This document shows positions 52,794 through 62,473 of a stretch of DNA of 64,000 nt, one piece after another. The number at the start of each line of letters is the position of its first letter. Position 1 is the stretch's first letter. The translations under genes were made by a program, and so were the position numbers. The notes under the pieces are model-generated. The model saw nothing but the letters and a program-made list of their open reading frames with translations. It made no database searches and was not told the DNA's origin. The stretch is from Actinomycetota bacterium (GTDB lineage Bacteria; Actinomycetota; AC-67): NCBI GenBank assembly GCA_036397635.1, contig DASWIP010000031.1:6536-70535 (forward strand). Reading direction: 5' to 3'.

Positions 52794-55016
52794 ATGCTGC
52801 TTCCCTCACGTCGTATGACGCGAGTGCGGTCGTCCGCCGCCGCCCATCTCATCGCCCTCGTGGTCGCGATGGTGCAAGCGACGGGTCTGGCTTTGGGAGC
52901 GGGTACAACTTCGCCCGGCCCGGGCGACGGGACGCAGCTCGTCGTCCAGACTCTGTCGAACCGGGCGGACCTGATCTCCGGCGGTGATGCGCTGATCGAC
53001 ATCGCTCGATCCGACGGGGGCAGCGTGTCGGGTCTGACCGTCATGGTGAACGGAGACGATGCGACCGCCGCCTTCGCCGAGCGGCCCAACGGACGCATCC
53101 AAGGGGTCGTGACTGGTCTGGCGGAGGGCGAGAACGTCATCGTGGCGGAGGCTTCGGGTGCGACGGGCGCGCAGCTCGTCGTGACGGATCATCCGATCGC
53201 TGGGCCGGTCTTCTCGGGTGAGCAGGTCCAGCCCTGGGCTTGCACCACCGAACGGAACGGTTTGGGGGCGCCGCTTGACGAAGCGTGCAACGCGTCGGCG
53301 GTGCAACGGTGGCGGTACCGCACCACCGGTGGCGCGTTCGCCGACTACGACGTCGCCGACCCGCCGAGTGATGTGGCGACCACCACGACCGATCAGGGTG
53401 AGGCCGTGCCCTACGTGTTCATGGTGGAGACCGGAGCGATGAACCGTGGCATCTATCGGTTCGCCATGCTCGCAGACCCGACCCAGCCGATCGAGCCGTG
53501 GGTCCATCCGCGCGGCTGGAACGGCGGCGTCTACTACAAGTTCGGTCCCTCGTGCGGCACGCAGTACAGCCAGGGTGACCCGATCGAGAACGTGGAAGAC
53601 AACCGGCCCCTGTCGAAGGGGTACGCCGTCGCCACTTCGTCGCTGTCTGTGCTCGGCTCGAACTGCAACACCGTCACCTCGGCCGAGTCACTGATGATGC
53701 TGCAGGAGCACATGGTCGAGCGGTTCGGTCCCATAACGCATACGCGCGGAAAAGGCGGCTCCGGCGGCTCGATCGGCCAGTTCGTCGTCGCGAGCAGCTA
53801 CCCGGGCCTTCTGCAAGGACTCAACGTCGATCTCTCCTTCGAGGATGTCTGGACGACGCTGAACGAAGTGGCTGATTGCCGGCTGCTGCTGAACTACTTC
53901 ACCCAGACCTCTCCTCACCTGTGGGGTGACGCGCGGGCGCAGGCGCTGGTCACCGGCCACATGTCGATCGCGAGCTGCGCGGCGTGGGAGGTCGCGTTCG
54001 CGCCGTTGCTGAACCCGACCACGGGTTGCGGGGCGGGATCGCCCTACGATCCGAGCAGCAACCCGAGCGGGTGCCGCGCGACGATCCAGGACATGCAGGT
54101 AAGTATCCTCGGCCGTCGGCCGCCGGAGGTGTGGAGCGCCGCGGAGCAAGCAGCCGGCTTCGGGTTCGCCGAGTTCCCCTACGACAACACCGGGCGTCTC
54201 TACGGGTTGAACGCGTTGCGGTCCGGCGACATCACCTCCGAGCAGTTCGTCGACCTGAACGAGAAGATCGGGGGGCTCGACGTCGATGGCAACGTCGTCG
54301 CCGAACGCAGCGCCGCCGATGCGGCCGTCGTCGAGACCTTGTATCGCGCGGGGCTTGTGAGCAGTGGCGCCACGCTGAAGCAAGTGCCGATCATCGACGT
54401 GCGCGCGTTCACCGGCAACGCCGAGATCCACACCAACTTCCACAGCTACGCGATGCGGCAGCGACTGCTCAACGCGCAAGGGCACCACGACAACCAGTCG
54501 ATCTGGCAGCTCTTCGAGGTGCCCAACCTGCCGTCGGTCGCGGGGCCGCAGAGCTTCGCGCTGATGAGCCAGTGGTTGCACGCGATCGACGCGGACGCCG
54601 GCGGCGACTCGATCGAGGCGAAGATCGCCCGCAACCGTCCGGCAGGCGCTGAGGACTCGTGCCTGATCCAGGACCAGAAGGACGGCGACCTGAGCCGGTG
54701 CGCCGCGTTCACCTACTACGGGAACCCGTTGATCGCATCGGGCGGACCGGCGTCCAACGACGTGATGAAGTGCGCGCTGCGGCCGTTGCCGAATGTGTGG
54801 CCCGCCGACGGCAGCTTCGGCCGGCTGCCGTTCACGCGCACCGTCGGTCCGGTGACCGGACAGTGGGAACGGCTGCGCGCGAACTTCCCAGACGGCGTGT
54901 GTGACTTCAGCCGCCCGGGTATCGGTCAGGTGCCGGTCGAACCGTGGACGACGTTCGCAGGCGGACCGGGAGGCACACAGCTGGGGCCCGCGCCGCGATC
55001 AGAGGCCGTGTCTTAG
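52794..55016 (+). CDS. Large secreted protein, alpha/beta-hydrolase-like (tannase/feruloyl-esterase-like nucleophile elbow GKGGSGGSIG)
   Basis: Signal-like MTRVRSSAAAHLIALVVAMVQATGLALGAG and a GxSxG motif. Start is 52794 or 52815. Confidence 0.55.
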   Translation: MLLPSRRMTRVRSSAAAHLIALVVAMVQATGLALGAGTTSPGPGDGTQLVVQTLSNRADLISGGDALIDIARSDGGSVSGLTVMVNGDDATAAFAERPNGRIQGVVTGLAEGENVIVAEASGATGAQLVVTDHPIAGPVFSGEQVQPWACTTERNGLGAPLDEACNASAVQRWRYRTTGGAFADYDVADPPSDVATTTTDQGEAVPYVFMVETGAMNRGIYRFAMLADPTQPIEPWVHPRGWNGGVYYKFGPSCGTQYSQGDPIENVEDNRPLSKGYAVATSSLSVLGSNCNTVTSAESLMMLQEHMVERFGPITHTRGKGGSGGSIGQFVVASSYPGLLQGLNVDLSFEDVWTTLNEVADCRLLLNYFTQTSPHLWGDARAQALVTGHMSIASCAAWEVAFAPLLNPTTGCGAGSPYDPSSNPSGCRATIQDMQVSILGRRPPEVWSAAEQAAGFGFAEFPYDNTGRLYGLNALRSGDITSEQFVDLNEKIGGLDVDGNVVAERSAADAAVVETLYRAGLVSSGATLKQVPIIDVRAFTGNAEIHTNFHSYAMRQRLLNAQGHHDNQSIWQLFEVPNLPSVAGPQSFALMSQWLHAIDADAGGDSIEAKIARNRPAGAEDSCLIQDQKDGDLSRCAAFTYYGNPLIASGGPASNDVMKCALRPLPNVWPADGSFGRLPFTRTVGPVTGQWERLRANFPDGVCDFSRPGIGQVPVEPWTTFAGGPGGTQLGPAPRSEAVS

Positions 55017-55107
55017 GGGGGTCCGTCTCCTCACGCCCATCGCTGAGCCGCGCGCGGTGGCAGCTCCGATCGGCGCAAGCCCGTCGTCCCGCCTTCGTTC
55101 TTCGGGG

Positions 55108-55482
55108 TTACCAGAGCGAGTGGATCACCGGTGACCCGTGGAGCACGGCGATGTCGACCTTGCCCGCCCATTCGACGAAGGCGCCGAAGTCAGACCAGCT
55201 CTCTGCAGCCTGCTTCCAGTGATCGTCGAGACCAGCCGGGCTCTCATACACTTCGGTGAGAGCGAAGCATGTCTTGCCGGTCGGCGTAGATGAGGGGTCA
55301 AGCGAGTTCGACAATTCGGGCCCCTTCGCCACGTCGTAGCTCAACAGAGCGAGCTTCCCGTCGCGATGGTGGGTCTTCTCCAGCCAGTCTGCATGGGTCG
55401 TGAAGAGGCGCTCTCCGTCGGCCGCGAGGTCGGGAGGCGCGGTGAACACCATCGTGATCTGTGTCTTTCCCTTGTGAGACAT
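55108..55482 (-). CDS. Small cytoplasmic hypothetical protein
   Basis: AAGGAGGAAGG SD directly before the ATG at 55482, and 124 aa. Confidence 0.5.
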   Translation of the reverse strand: MSHKGKTQITMVFTAPPDLAADGERLFTTHADWLEKTHHRDGKLALLSYDVAKGPELSNSLDPSSTPTGKTCFALTEVYESPAGLDDHWKQAAESWSDFGAFVEWAGKVDIAVLHGSPVIHSLW

Positions 55483-55628
55483 CCTTCCTCCTTGGTGACG
55501 AGCGGCAGCCGCCTGGTCGCCTGCGCGCTTGTCCACCCTGGGGGCCCAGCTCCGGTGGGTCAATCCCTAAACTGAGGGTGTGGTGGCCGGTTTTGTGGCG
55601 TTGGTCGGCGACGGATCGAGTCGTTCGG

Positions 55629-56060
55629 TCAGAAGATTCCGAAGACGAAATGTCTCGTTGCCGAGTTCGAGGCGACGGTGATGACGGCGTAGCGAGCCCC
55701 GGTCGGGATCGTGCCTGCTTCCCACGACAGTCCGGAGAACGTCTGCAAGGAGATGGGGTCGGAGCCGTCGCAGGTTCCGAGATCCGCATAGAAAGAGACG
55801 TCGGGATCAAGAGCGTCCGAGAGTGAGAAGGTGTGACCTGTGTCCTCGGCGGTCAGCTCAACGACCCATCCCAGAACGCCTTGGGATCGCGGACCGGTAG
55901 CGAGCCAGGCACACCGGGCGGGACGGTCGACCGGCTGGAGAGCCGGGGCCGCTTTGGCAGCGGGGAGCAGGATGGTGCCCTCGATCTGGCGCGTGTGAGC
56001 CGCGGCCGGCTGGTGGGCGACGAGGGCGAAGCCGATCGCCACGATCATGAGGATCCTCAT
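55629..56060 (-). CDS. Secreted hypothetical protein
   Basis: AAGGGAA SD, then MRILMIVAIGFALVAHQPAAAHT signal peptide. The upstream part of the track ORF is antisense to a VOC-domain remnant and was rejected. Confidence 0.45.
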   Translation of the reverse strand: MRILMIVAIGFALVAHQPAAAHTRQIEGTILLPAAKAAPALQPVDRPARCAWLATGPRSQGVLGWVVELTAEDTGHTFSLSDALDPDVSFYADLGTCDGSDPISLQTFSGLSWEAGTIPTGARYAVITVASNSATRHFVFGIF

Positions 56061-56262
56061 CTGCCGATTCCCTTCTTGTCGTCGCGGGATCGTCGGATCG
56101 GTCCACAAGGGTGTTTCGACTGGATGCCCCGAGATTCCTGCGACGGTCTTCGCTGGCCTGCGGCGCGAGCGGATCGCTTGGTTCAAGGACCCCGCCGGTA
56201 ATGTGCTGTCTGGGCTCGGCCCGATAGGGGCCGGTATCCTTCGGCTGATCGAGCAGGTGTGA
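56061..56262 (+). pseudogene. Possible C-terminal remnant of a VOC/glyoxalase-family gene
   Basis: Track ORF 56047..56262 ends ...VFAGLRRERIAWFKDPAGNVLSGLGPIGAGILRLIEQV, a typical VOC C-terminus. No upstream N-terminal half exists in frame. Confidence 0.25.
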
Positions 56263-56305
56263 CGGCATCTTCTGGACACGCTGAAGGAAACGGGGAGGTA
56301 GGCAT

Positions 56306-57421
56306 ATGGGCGGGGTGCGCGTTCTGGTCGGGACTCGTAAGGGCGCGTTCGTTCTGACCTCTGACGGGAAGCGGGAAAGCTGGGACGTCGAGGGACCGCA
56401 TTTCGGCGGCTGGGAGATCTATCACCTCAAGGGATCACCCGCCGACGACGAACGAATCTACGCGTCGCAGAGCACCTCCTGGTTCGGTCAGCTGATCCAG
56501 CGCTCGGATGACGGTGGCCGGACGTGGACGCCGGTAGGGAACGAGTTCACCTACGACGGCACTCCCGGGACGCACATGTGGTACGACGGCACACCGCATC
56601 CGTGGGAGTTCGCGCGCGTCTGGCACCTCGAGCCGTCGCTGACCGATCCCGACACGGTCTACGCCGGTGTCGAGGACGCCGCGTTGTTCCGTTCCATCGA
56701 CGGTGGGCAGAGTTGGCACGAGCTTCCCGGCTTGCGCGAACATGGATCCGCCGGCTCGTGGCAGCCGGGTGCGGGCGGACTGTGCCTGCACACGATCGTC
56801 GTGGACCCGACCCGTCCCGACAGGATCTTCGTCGCCATCTCCGCGGCGGGCGTGTTCCGTACGGATGACTCGGGCAAGACCTGGCAGCCGATGAACCGTG
56901 GGCTGCGATCCGAGGGCCTGCCCGATCCTGATGTCGAGGTCGGTCATTGCGTGCACCGCATCGCCCTGCACCCGTCACGTCCAGATGTGCTGTTCATGCA
57001 GAAACACTGGGACGTGATGCGCAGCGACGACGCCGGCGAGTCGTGGAACGAGGTCAGCGGCAACCTGCCCAGCGACTTCGGGTTCGTCGTCGACGTGCAC
57101 GCGCACGAGCCCGACACGATCTACGTCGTCCCGATCAAGAGCGACTCGGAGCACTATCCACCCGACGGACGGCTGCGCGTGTACCGCAGCAAGACGGGTG
57201 GGAACGATTGGGAGGCGCTCACCGACGGGCTTCCCCAGAAGGACTGCTACCTGAACGTGCTGCGCGATGCGATGGCCGTCGACGCGCTCGACCCGTGTGG
57301 CGTGTACTTCGGCACCAGCGGAGGGCAGGTGTACGCGTCAGCCGATGCGGGAGACAGCTGGGCTCCGATCGTCCGGGATCTCCCGGCGGTGCTCTCCATC
57401 GAGGTGCAGACGCTGCCATGA
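56306..57421 (+). CDS. BNR/Asp-box repeat beta-propeller protein (sialidase / Ycf48-like)
   Basis: Five SxDxGxTW boxes: [32 protein letters not shown] and [16 protein letters not shown]. Confidence 0.8.
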   Translation: MGGVRVLVGTRKGAFVLTSDGKRESWDVEGPHFGGWEIYHLKGSPADDERIYASQSTSWFGQLIQRSDDGGRTWTPVGNEFTYDGTPGTHMWYDGTPHPWEFARVWHLEPSLTDPDTVYAGVEDAALFRSIDGGQSWHELPGLREHGSAGSWQPGAGGLCLHTIVVDPTRPDRIFVAISAAGVFRTDDSGKTWQPMNRGLRSEGLPDPDVEVGHCVHRIALHPSRPDVLFMQKHWDVMRSDDAGESWNEVSGNLPSDFGFVVDVHAHEPDTIYVVPIKSDSEHYPPDGRLRVYRSKTGGNDWEALTDGLPQKDCYLNVLRDAMAVDALDPCGVYFGTSGGQVYASADAGDSWAPIVRDLPAVLSIEVQTLP

Positions 57422-57714
57422 TCCGGGTCGTGCTCCCCACGCATCTGCGAAACCTCGCCCACGTGGATGGAGAAGCGACGCTCGACGTGCATGGGCCGGT
57501 GACGCAGCGCTCCGTCTTCGACGCGCTCGAGTCAAGCTATCCGATGCTCCGCGGCACGATCCGCGACCATGCCACGAAGAAGCGCCGGCCGTTCGTGCGG
57601 TTCTACGCGGGTGGGGAGGACCTGTCGCACGAGCCACCGGACGCCCTGCTGCCGGACGATGTCGCCAGCGGTACTGAGCCTCTCCTGGTCGTGGGCGCCA
57701 TGTCCGGCGGCTAG
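57418..57714 (+). CDS. ThiS/MoaD/CysO-like ubiquitin-fold sulfur-carrier protein ending in Gly-Gly
   Basis: 98 aa. The ATG overlaps the BNR gene stop (ATGA). C-terminus ...[10 protein letters not shown]. Confidence 0.6.
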   Translation: MIRVVLPTHLRNLAHVDGEATLDVHGPVTQRSVFDALESSYPMLRGTIRDHATKKRRPFVRFYAGGEDLSHEPPDALLPDDVASGTEPLLVVGAMSGG

Positions 57715-57754
57715 CGTCGCCGGGCCCCGGGACCGCGAGGCTCTTCGTGACCGA

Positions 57755-58558
57755 TCAGGTCACGATCAGCGTGCCCGCCATGTCGTCGTCGGCCGGGTCG
57801 GGGGACTCTGGATCGCTGTGAGGCTGGCAGTAGAAGATGTACGTCCCCGGCTCCGAAGGGATCTGGATGGTCTTGGAGCTCCCGACGGTGAAACCTTCGT
57901 CGATGCCAAGCTCGTCCACGGTGAAGGTGTGGAAGAAGGGATCATCGTTCTCGACGTAGATCGTCGACCCCGCGGGGACCGTGATCTGCTCGGAGCTGAA
58001 CTCGAAGTTCTTCATCGCGACCTGCGCGGCCGCGCCGGTCGCATCGGCGGTCGACCGCCCTGTGACCGTGAGCACGCCTGAGATGACGGCGAGCACCGCG
58101 ACGGTCGCCACGGCGATGCGGATCCCTCGTGCCTCCCCGCCTTCCGCGCGCGCGGTCAGGTGGCCGCGTCGTCCGGCTTTGATGGCCGCGACGGACGATG
58201 CCACGCCGAGCAAGACGCCCGGCACGTACAGCACCGAGGGGATGAAGTCGAAGAAGTTGTTCGGGACGAAGAGCCCGAAGATCATCCAGAACAGCATCAG
58301 CGCGCCGAGCAGGCCCAGAACGATGCCGACGATCTTCGCCCAGGTTCCGAAACGCCAGACGAGAGAGGCGACGATCGAGAAGACCACGATCGGGATCACG
58401 AAGAAGGTCGCGTCCGCGAGATCGAGTCCGAAGGCCGCCCCGGCTGCCAGCAAGATCAGGGGCGCTGCCGCCGCCGATCCGAATCCAAGCACCGCCAGGC
58501 GGGTCCAGCGGGCCTTCCCTATGCGCACGGTCGTGTCGAGTGTTCCAGCCATCCCCAT
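57755..58558 (-). CDS. Membrane protein with C-terminal cupredoxin (blue-copper) domain
   Basis: Four N-terminal TM helices. The C-terminus has H...YIFYCQPHSD...MAGTLIV (Cys-His-Met copper-ligand pattern). Confidence 0.7.
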   Translation of the reverse strand: MGMAGTLDTTVRIGKARWTRLAVLGFGSAAAAPLILLAAGAAFGLDLADATFFVIPIVVFSIVASLVWRFGTWAKIVGIVLGLLGALMLFWMIFGLFVPNNFFDFIPSVLYVPGVLLGVASSVAAIKAGRRGHLTARAEGGEARGIRIAVATVAVLAVISGVLTVTGRSTADATGAAAQVAMKNFEFSSEQITVPAGSTIYVENDDPFFHTFTVDELGIDEGFTVGSSKTIQIPSEPGTYIFYCQPHSDPESPDPADDDMAGTLIVT

Positions 58559-58753
58559 CCACCTCCCAGGATCAGGCCGACCATACGAAGCGGCCCAGGT
58601 GCGGTCCAGGAAGGCTCCACCACAACGACCAGGGAGGTGTCCCTCCCCGTGTGTCTTTGGTCGCCTCGATTTCCGACCGACCGGAAGGATTTAGGGCACG
58701 AGCACCGTATTTCCCTTCCTGGAGGCCGTTCCCAGACCAAGGAAAGGAACCCG

Positions 58754-61114
58754 ATGCTTCGCAGGGTCATGCTCTCCGCGCTCGTGCTCGCCCTCGTTCC
58801 GCTGCCGGGTATCGCCGGCGGGGATGCGGATCCCTGGTACGAGTGGAGCGGTGAACCAGCCCTGATCGCCAATGCGGGCGTCTATCGGCATGGCGAGTTC
58901 ATCTACAACGACTACGTCTACGACGATCATGGTGCGAACACCGACGGCAAGGACCGGCTCGATCTGCCGTTCGGCGCGTGGCCGGATCCGAGCCGGCCCG
59001 GCGAAGCGCGGTTCTCCCCCACCGGGGGCGCCGTCCGTCACGCCGGCGACTTCATGTACGCGGCCGACGACGACAACCTGATGCGCAACGTCGCCGACCT
59101 CCTCGAGTTCCGCGTCACGACGGACCCCGACGATGTGTTTCTGCACGCCCGCTTCGGCGACATGACCGCGGAGGATTCCAACGTCGTTGCCGCGTGCATC
59201 GACACCGATCTCTTGGCGGCGACCGGGGTGCAATCTTGGCCTCATGGCGCGAACATGACCGCGCGCCTCGGCTGCGACCTGCTCGTCACCGCGTGGGGCA
59301 CCGGCGCCAGCGTGGCGACGAGCGACGGCGTCGCCGACCTGGCGTCACTCGACGGCGACGTTCGCGCCGACGTTGCCGAGGCAACGATCGACCTTCGCCT
59401 GCCGAAGAGCCAGGCCGACCCCGGCGACGACACGTGGCGTATGTGGGTCGCGAGCGGGATCTGGGACGCGGCCGCGAGCTCGTGGCTGCAGGTCCCGCCG
59501 ATCCCGCAGGCGATCGGCGAGCCGCTGGTCTCCGGTGGCGGCCTCGGTGTCCCGAACGTCTGGGACCTCCTGTCGAACAACAACGAGTCGAACTCGTACT
59601 GGATGGAGGAGAAGCAGGCGAACGATCTGGCGCGCTCGTACATCTTCGACGACTTCGTCGACGTCGACTTCGATCGTCTGAAGGAGCACGACAACGACCC
59701 CGATCCGCAGATCACGGGATTCATGCAGCGGATCTATATCTCCGAGCATCCCATGGACCCGCCGCGGGGCATCATCGCCGAGGGCGACGAACCGACGACC
59801 AACTTCGAGTATCTCGGGCCCTACCAGCCCTACGCGATGGTGGTTCCCTCGCGCTACTACGACGAGCCGAACAGCCGTTGGGCATACGACGAATGCCTTC
59901 ACCCGCTCAACGGCAACCACATGGTCGAGGTCTATTACTCGCAAGCCTTCTATCAGGGCGAGGGGTACAACCCGCTCGTCACCGGGACTGTCCCGCAGAC
60001 CGGCTATCTCGGGTTCAGCGAGATCGAGGGCCTCGCCGACCGGCTCGGCACGCTCTACTCATGCGTGCTCGGCCGCGGAGAAGGGGTCGGGTACACGGGC
60101 GGCGATGGTTTGGTCGACGCGCTCGAGGTGCAGGCAGACGTGTTGCGTCGTTACCGTGTCGACGAGGATCGCGTGACGGTGCACGGCGTGTCCCTCGGTG
60201 CGATCGGCTCGTGGTACATGTCGCAGCTCTACCCGGACCGGTACAGCGCGGTCATGCCCTACATCTTCTCGCCGAACATCGTTGCCGGCGACCTGCCGCG
60301 GTTGATGAACCTGCACAACACCCCTGTGTTCTATGCGATCGGCACCCTCGATCAATTCGCGCAGGGGACGCAGGGTGACCCGACCGCCGATCGCATGGAA
60401 GAGGAAGGAAACGAATACGTCTACGTGCACTACCTCGGGCGGCAGCACGAGGGCCGCATCGAGGGGGACTTCCTGCCGTTCACCGAGGCGCTTGCGTATC
60501 CCCGGACGCGGGTCGAGGATCCTGCGCGCGTCCGCTACCGTTTCGACGCCGGGGCGTTCAGCTCGAAGATCCCCGGGGATGGATCCGCATACTGGGTGCG
60601 CGCGTCGCAAGCTCGTAGCGGAGACAGCTCCACGGTCGACGTGACGAGTCTCGCGCGCGCCGAGCAGCTTCCGACGCACCAGGTGATCTTCGACGGGCTC
60701 TACACGAACACGATCGAGGGCTGGCAGGCGCGCATCAGGGGGCTGTTGCGGGTGAGCGAGGCCGAGTTCCAAGCCATATGGCAGCCCGCGCAGTGGGAGC
60801 CGGGTTGGGAGGAGCTCTCGCTCGAGGTGACCGAAGCTGCCCTCGAGCCACGGGTGGTGAGCAACGGTTTCGAGCTCACCTCGAGCAACCTCGGCGCGGT
60901 GACGCTCGACACCGACCGGATGGACCTGGACACCGACGAGCCGATCGTCGGTATCGCCTCGGGGGATGGCCCGACATCGTTCACGCTGCTCGGCATCCCC
61001 GGCGGCGCGAGCGTGACGATGGACGGTGACCCCGTCACGACGGATCTTGCCTTCGGCGGGATCACCTTCACGGTCGATCTCAGCGGTGGGCCCCACACCC
61101 TCGTGATCGGCTAG
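58754..61114 (+). CDS. Secreted alpha/beta-hydrolase (S9-peptidase/esterase-like) with N-terminal and C-terminal accessory domains
   Basis: AAGGAA SD before the ATG at 58754, signal peptide MLRRVMLSALVLALVPLPGIAGG, and nucleophile elbow HGVSLGAIGSW. The upstream part of the track ORF is unsupported. Confidence 0.7.
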   Translation: MLRRVMLSALVLALVPLPGIAGGDADPWYEWSGEPALIANAGVYRHGEFIYNDYVYDDHGANTDGKDRLDLPFGAWPDPSRPGEARFSPTGGAVRHAGDFMYAADDDNLMRNVADLLEFRVTTDPDDVFLHARFGDMTAEDSNVVAACIDTDLLAATGVQSWPHGANMTARLGCDLLVTAWGTGASVATSDGVADLASLDGDVRADVAEATIDLRLPKSQADPGDDTWRMWVASGIWDAAASSWLQVPPIPQAIGEPLVSGGGLGVPNVWDLLSNNNESNSYWMEEKQANDLARSYIFDDFVDVDFDRLKEHDNDPDPQITGFMQRIYISEHPMDPPRGIIAEGDEPTTNFEYLGPYQPYAMVVPSRYYDEPNSRWAYDECLHPLNGNHMVEVYYSQAFYQGEGYNPLVTGTVPQTGYLGFSEIEGLADRLGTLYSCVLGRGEGVGYTGGDGLVDALEVQADVLRRYRVDEDRVTVHGVSLGAIGSWYMSQLYPDRYSAVMPYIFSPNIVAGDLPRLMNLHNTPVFYAIGTLDQFAQGTQGDPTADRMEEEGNEYVYVHYLGRQHEGRIEGDFLPFTEALAYPRTRVEDPARVRYRFDAGAFSSKIPGDGSAYWVRASQARSGDSSTVDVTSLARAEQLPTHQVIFDGLYTNTIEGWQARIRGLLRVSEAEFQAIWQPAQWEPGWEELSLEVTEAALEPRVVSNGFELTSSNLGAVTLDTDRMDLDTDEPIVGIASGDGPTSFTLLGIPGGASVTMDGDPVTTDLAFGGITFTVDLSGGPHTLVIG

Positions 61115-61147
61115 CCGGGGTGAGCGCGTGACCGTGAGTGGACCGGG

Positions 61148-61519
61148 TTAACCGCGGCGGTCCTCGGGTGTGCGGCCGGTGGCGGTTCCCCATGAATGAC
61201 GGCTCACTACCGGCATCGCGTCCGGCGGGAGCGCGGCGTTGGAGCGCGCGAGCTGCTCGATAAGCGGTGCATCGCAGACCCGGCAGAGCTGCACCTTCGT
61301 GTAGCCCACGACCGACATCTGATCCCCGCGGACCTTCTGGACGACGGCTTTCGGCGCCTCGACCAGATCTCGTCCCCCGCACTGCGGGCACGTGGGGCGC
61401 GGATCACGCTCCCAGCGATGTGCGCACGCATCGCAGGTGAGCATGATCACGTCGCCATCGCGCTCGCCGCGGATGTCTTCCGCTTCGCCGCAGGCCGGAC
61501 AGGCTATCGCTCGAGTCAT
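61148..61519 (-). CDS. Zinc-ribbon hypothetical protein (three CxxC pairs)
   Basis: CPACG...CDAC...CPQCG...CRVC. Confidence 0.5.
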   Translation of the reverse strand: MTRAIACPACGEAEDIRGERDGDVIMLTCDACAHRWERDPRPTCPQCGGRDLVEAPKAVVQKVRGDQMSVVGYTKVQLCRVCDAPLIEQLARSNAALPPDAMPVVSRHSWGTATGRTPEDRRG

Positions 61520-61669
61520 TCCGTCATCACCCTAAACGAGTCGATGGAGTGGGCCGGATAAGCGACAAAGCCGTAAGAATCAGGTGATAGGGGCGTATCT
61601 ACCATCTGGGTGGTGCGAGCCAGGGCGCGGTGGCGCGCTCACGCACGCCCGGTGATGGGGGAGGGACGC

Positions 61670-62335
61670 ATGGGGCTACGGCGACTGATGGGGTTGATGG
61701 TCGTCATCTTCGCGCTCATGGGGTTCGGGCTTGCCGCCGCGGCACCCGAGTGCCTCGGCAGCAGCGCGCATGCCGCGAACTGCGATTGGGACGGGGACGG
61801 CATCGCCAACAAGGACGATCCCGACGACGACAACGACGGCTGCCTGGACGAGGCGGACAACGACAAGTGGGTGGCCGATCCAGACAACTGCAGCGGGGGT
61901 GGCGAACCCGAACCCGAACCCGACCCGATCGACGAGCTGATCGCGGCCCTCTGCGGGGTCGTGCCGGACCTGCCGGTCTGCGGTGACGGCGGTGGTGGAG
62001 AGCCTCCGACGCCGGATGAGATCGTGGCGGCGTTCTGCGAGCAGGTTCCCGACGCACCGATCTGCGATGGCGGTGGGGAGCCGCCAACACCTGATGATCT
62101 GATCGCAGCCTTGCTTGAGCTGCTCTGCGGAGTCGTGCCGGACCTGCCGGTCTGCGGTGACGGCGGTGGTGGAGAGCCTCCGACGCTGGATGAGATCGTG
62201 GCGGCGTTCTGCGAGCAGGTTCCCGATGCACCGATCTGCGATGGCGGTGGAGAGCCGCCGCCGGCTCCAACGCCGGAGGAGATCGTGGCCGCGGTATGCG
62301 AGCAGGCGCCCGACGCGCCGGTCTGCACCCTGTAG
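61670..62335 (+). CDS. Secreted Asp-rich calcium-binding (thrombospondin type-3-like) repeat protein with internal ~176 bp tandem repeat
   Basis: GGGAGGGA SD, signal peptide, DWDGDGIANKDDPDDDNDGCLDEADND, then two ~97%-identical DNA repeats (approx. 61951-62126 and 62127-62300) encoding LCGVVPDLPVCGDGGGGEPPT(P/L)DEIVAAFCEQVPDAPICDGGGEPP. Confidence 0.7.
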   Translation: MGLRRLMGLMVVIFALMGFGLAAAAPECLGSSAHAANCDWDGDGIANKDDPDDDNDGCLDEADNDKWVADPDNCSGGGEPEPEPDPIDELIAALCGVVPDLPVCGDGGGGEPPTPDEIVAAFCEQVPDAPICDGGGEPPTPDDLIAALLELLCGVVPDLPVCGDGGGGEPPTLDEIVAAFCEQVPDAPICDGGGEPPPAPTPEEIVAAVCEQAPDAPVCTL

Positions 62336-62473
62336 CATCGCTCGGCAGCGGAGAGCGCTCGGAGCCATCCGGGCGCTCTCCGGTTGTTCCAGCGCCGAGA
62401 CTCCGCCGGCCTCGACGAAGGCTGGCTCCGAGGGTGCAGGAGGAAGCGGAGAGCCCGAAGAAGTACATCCGCC

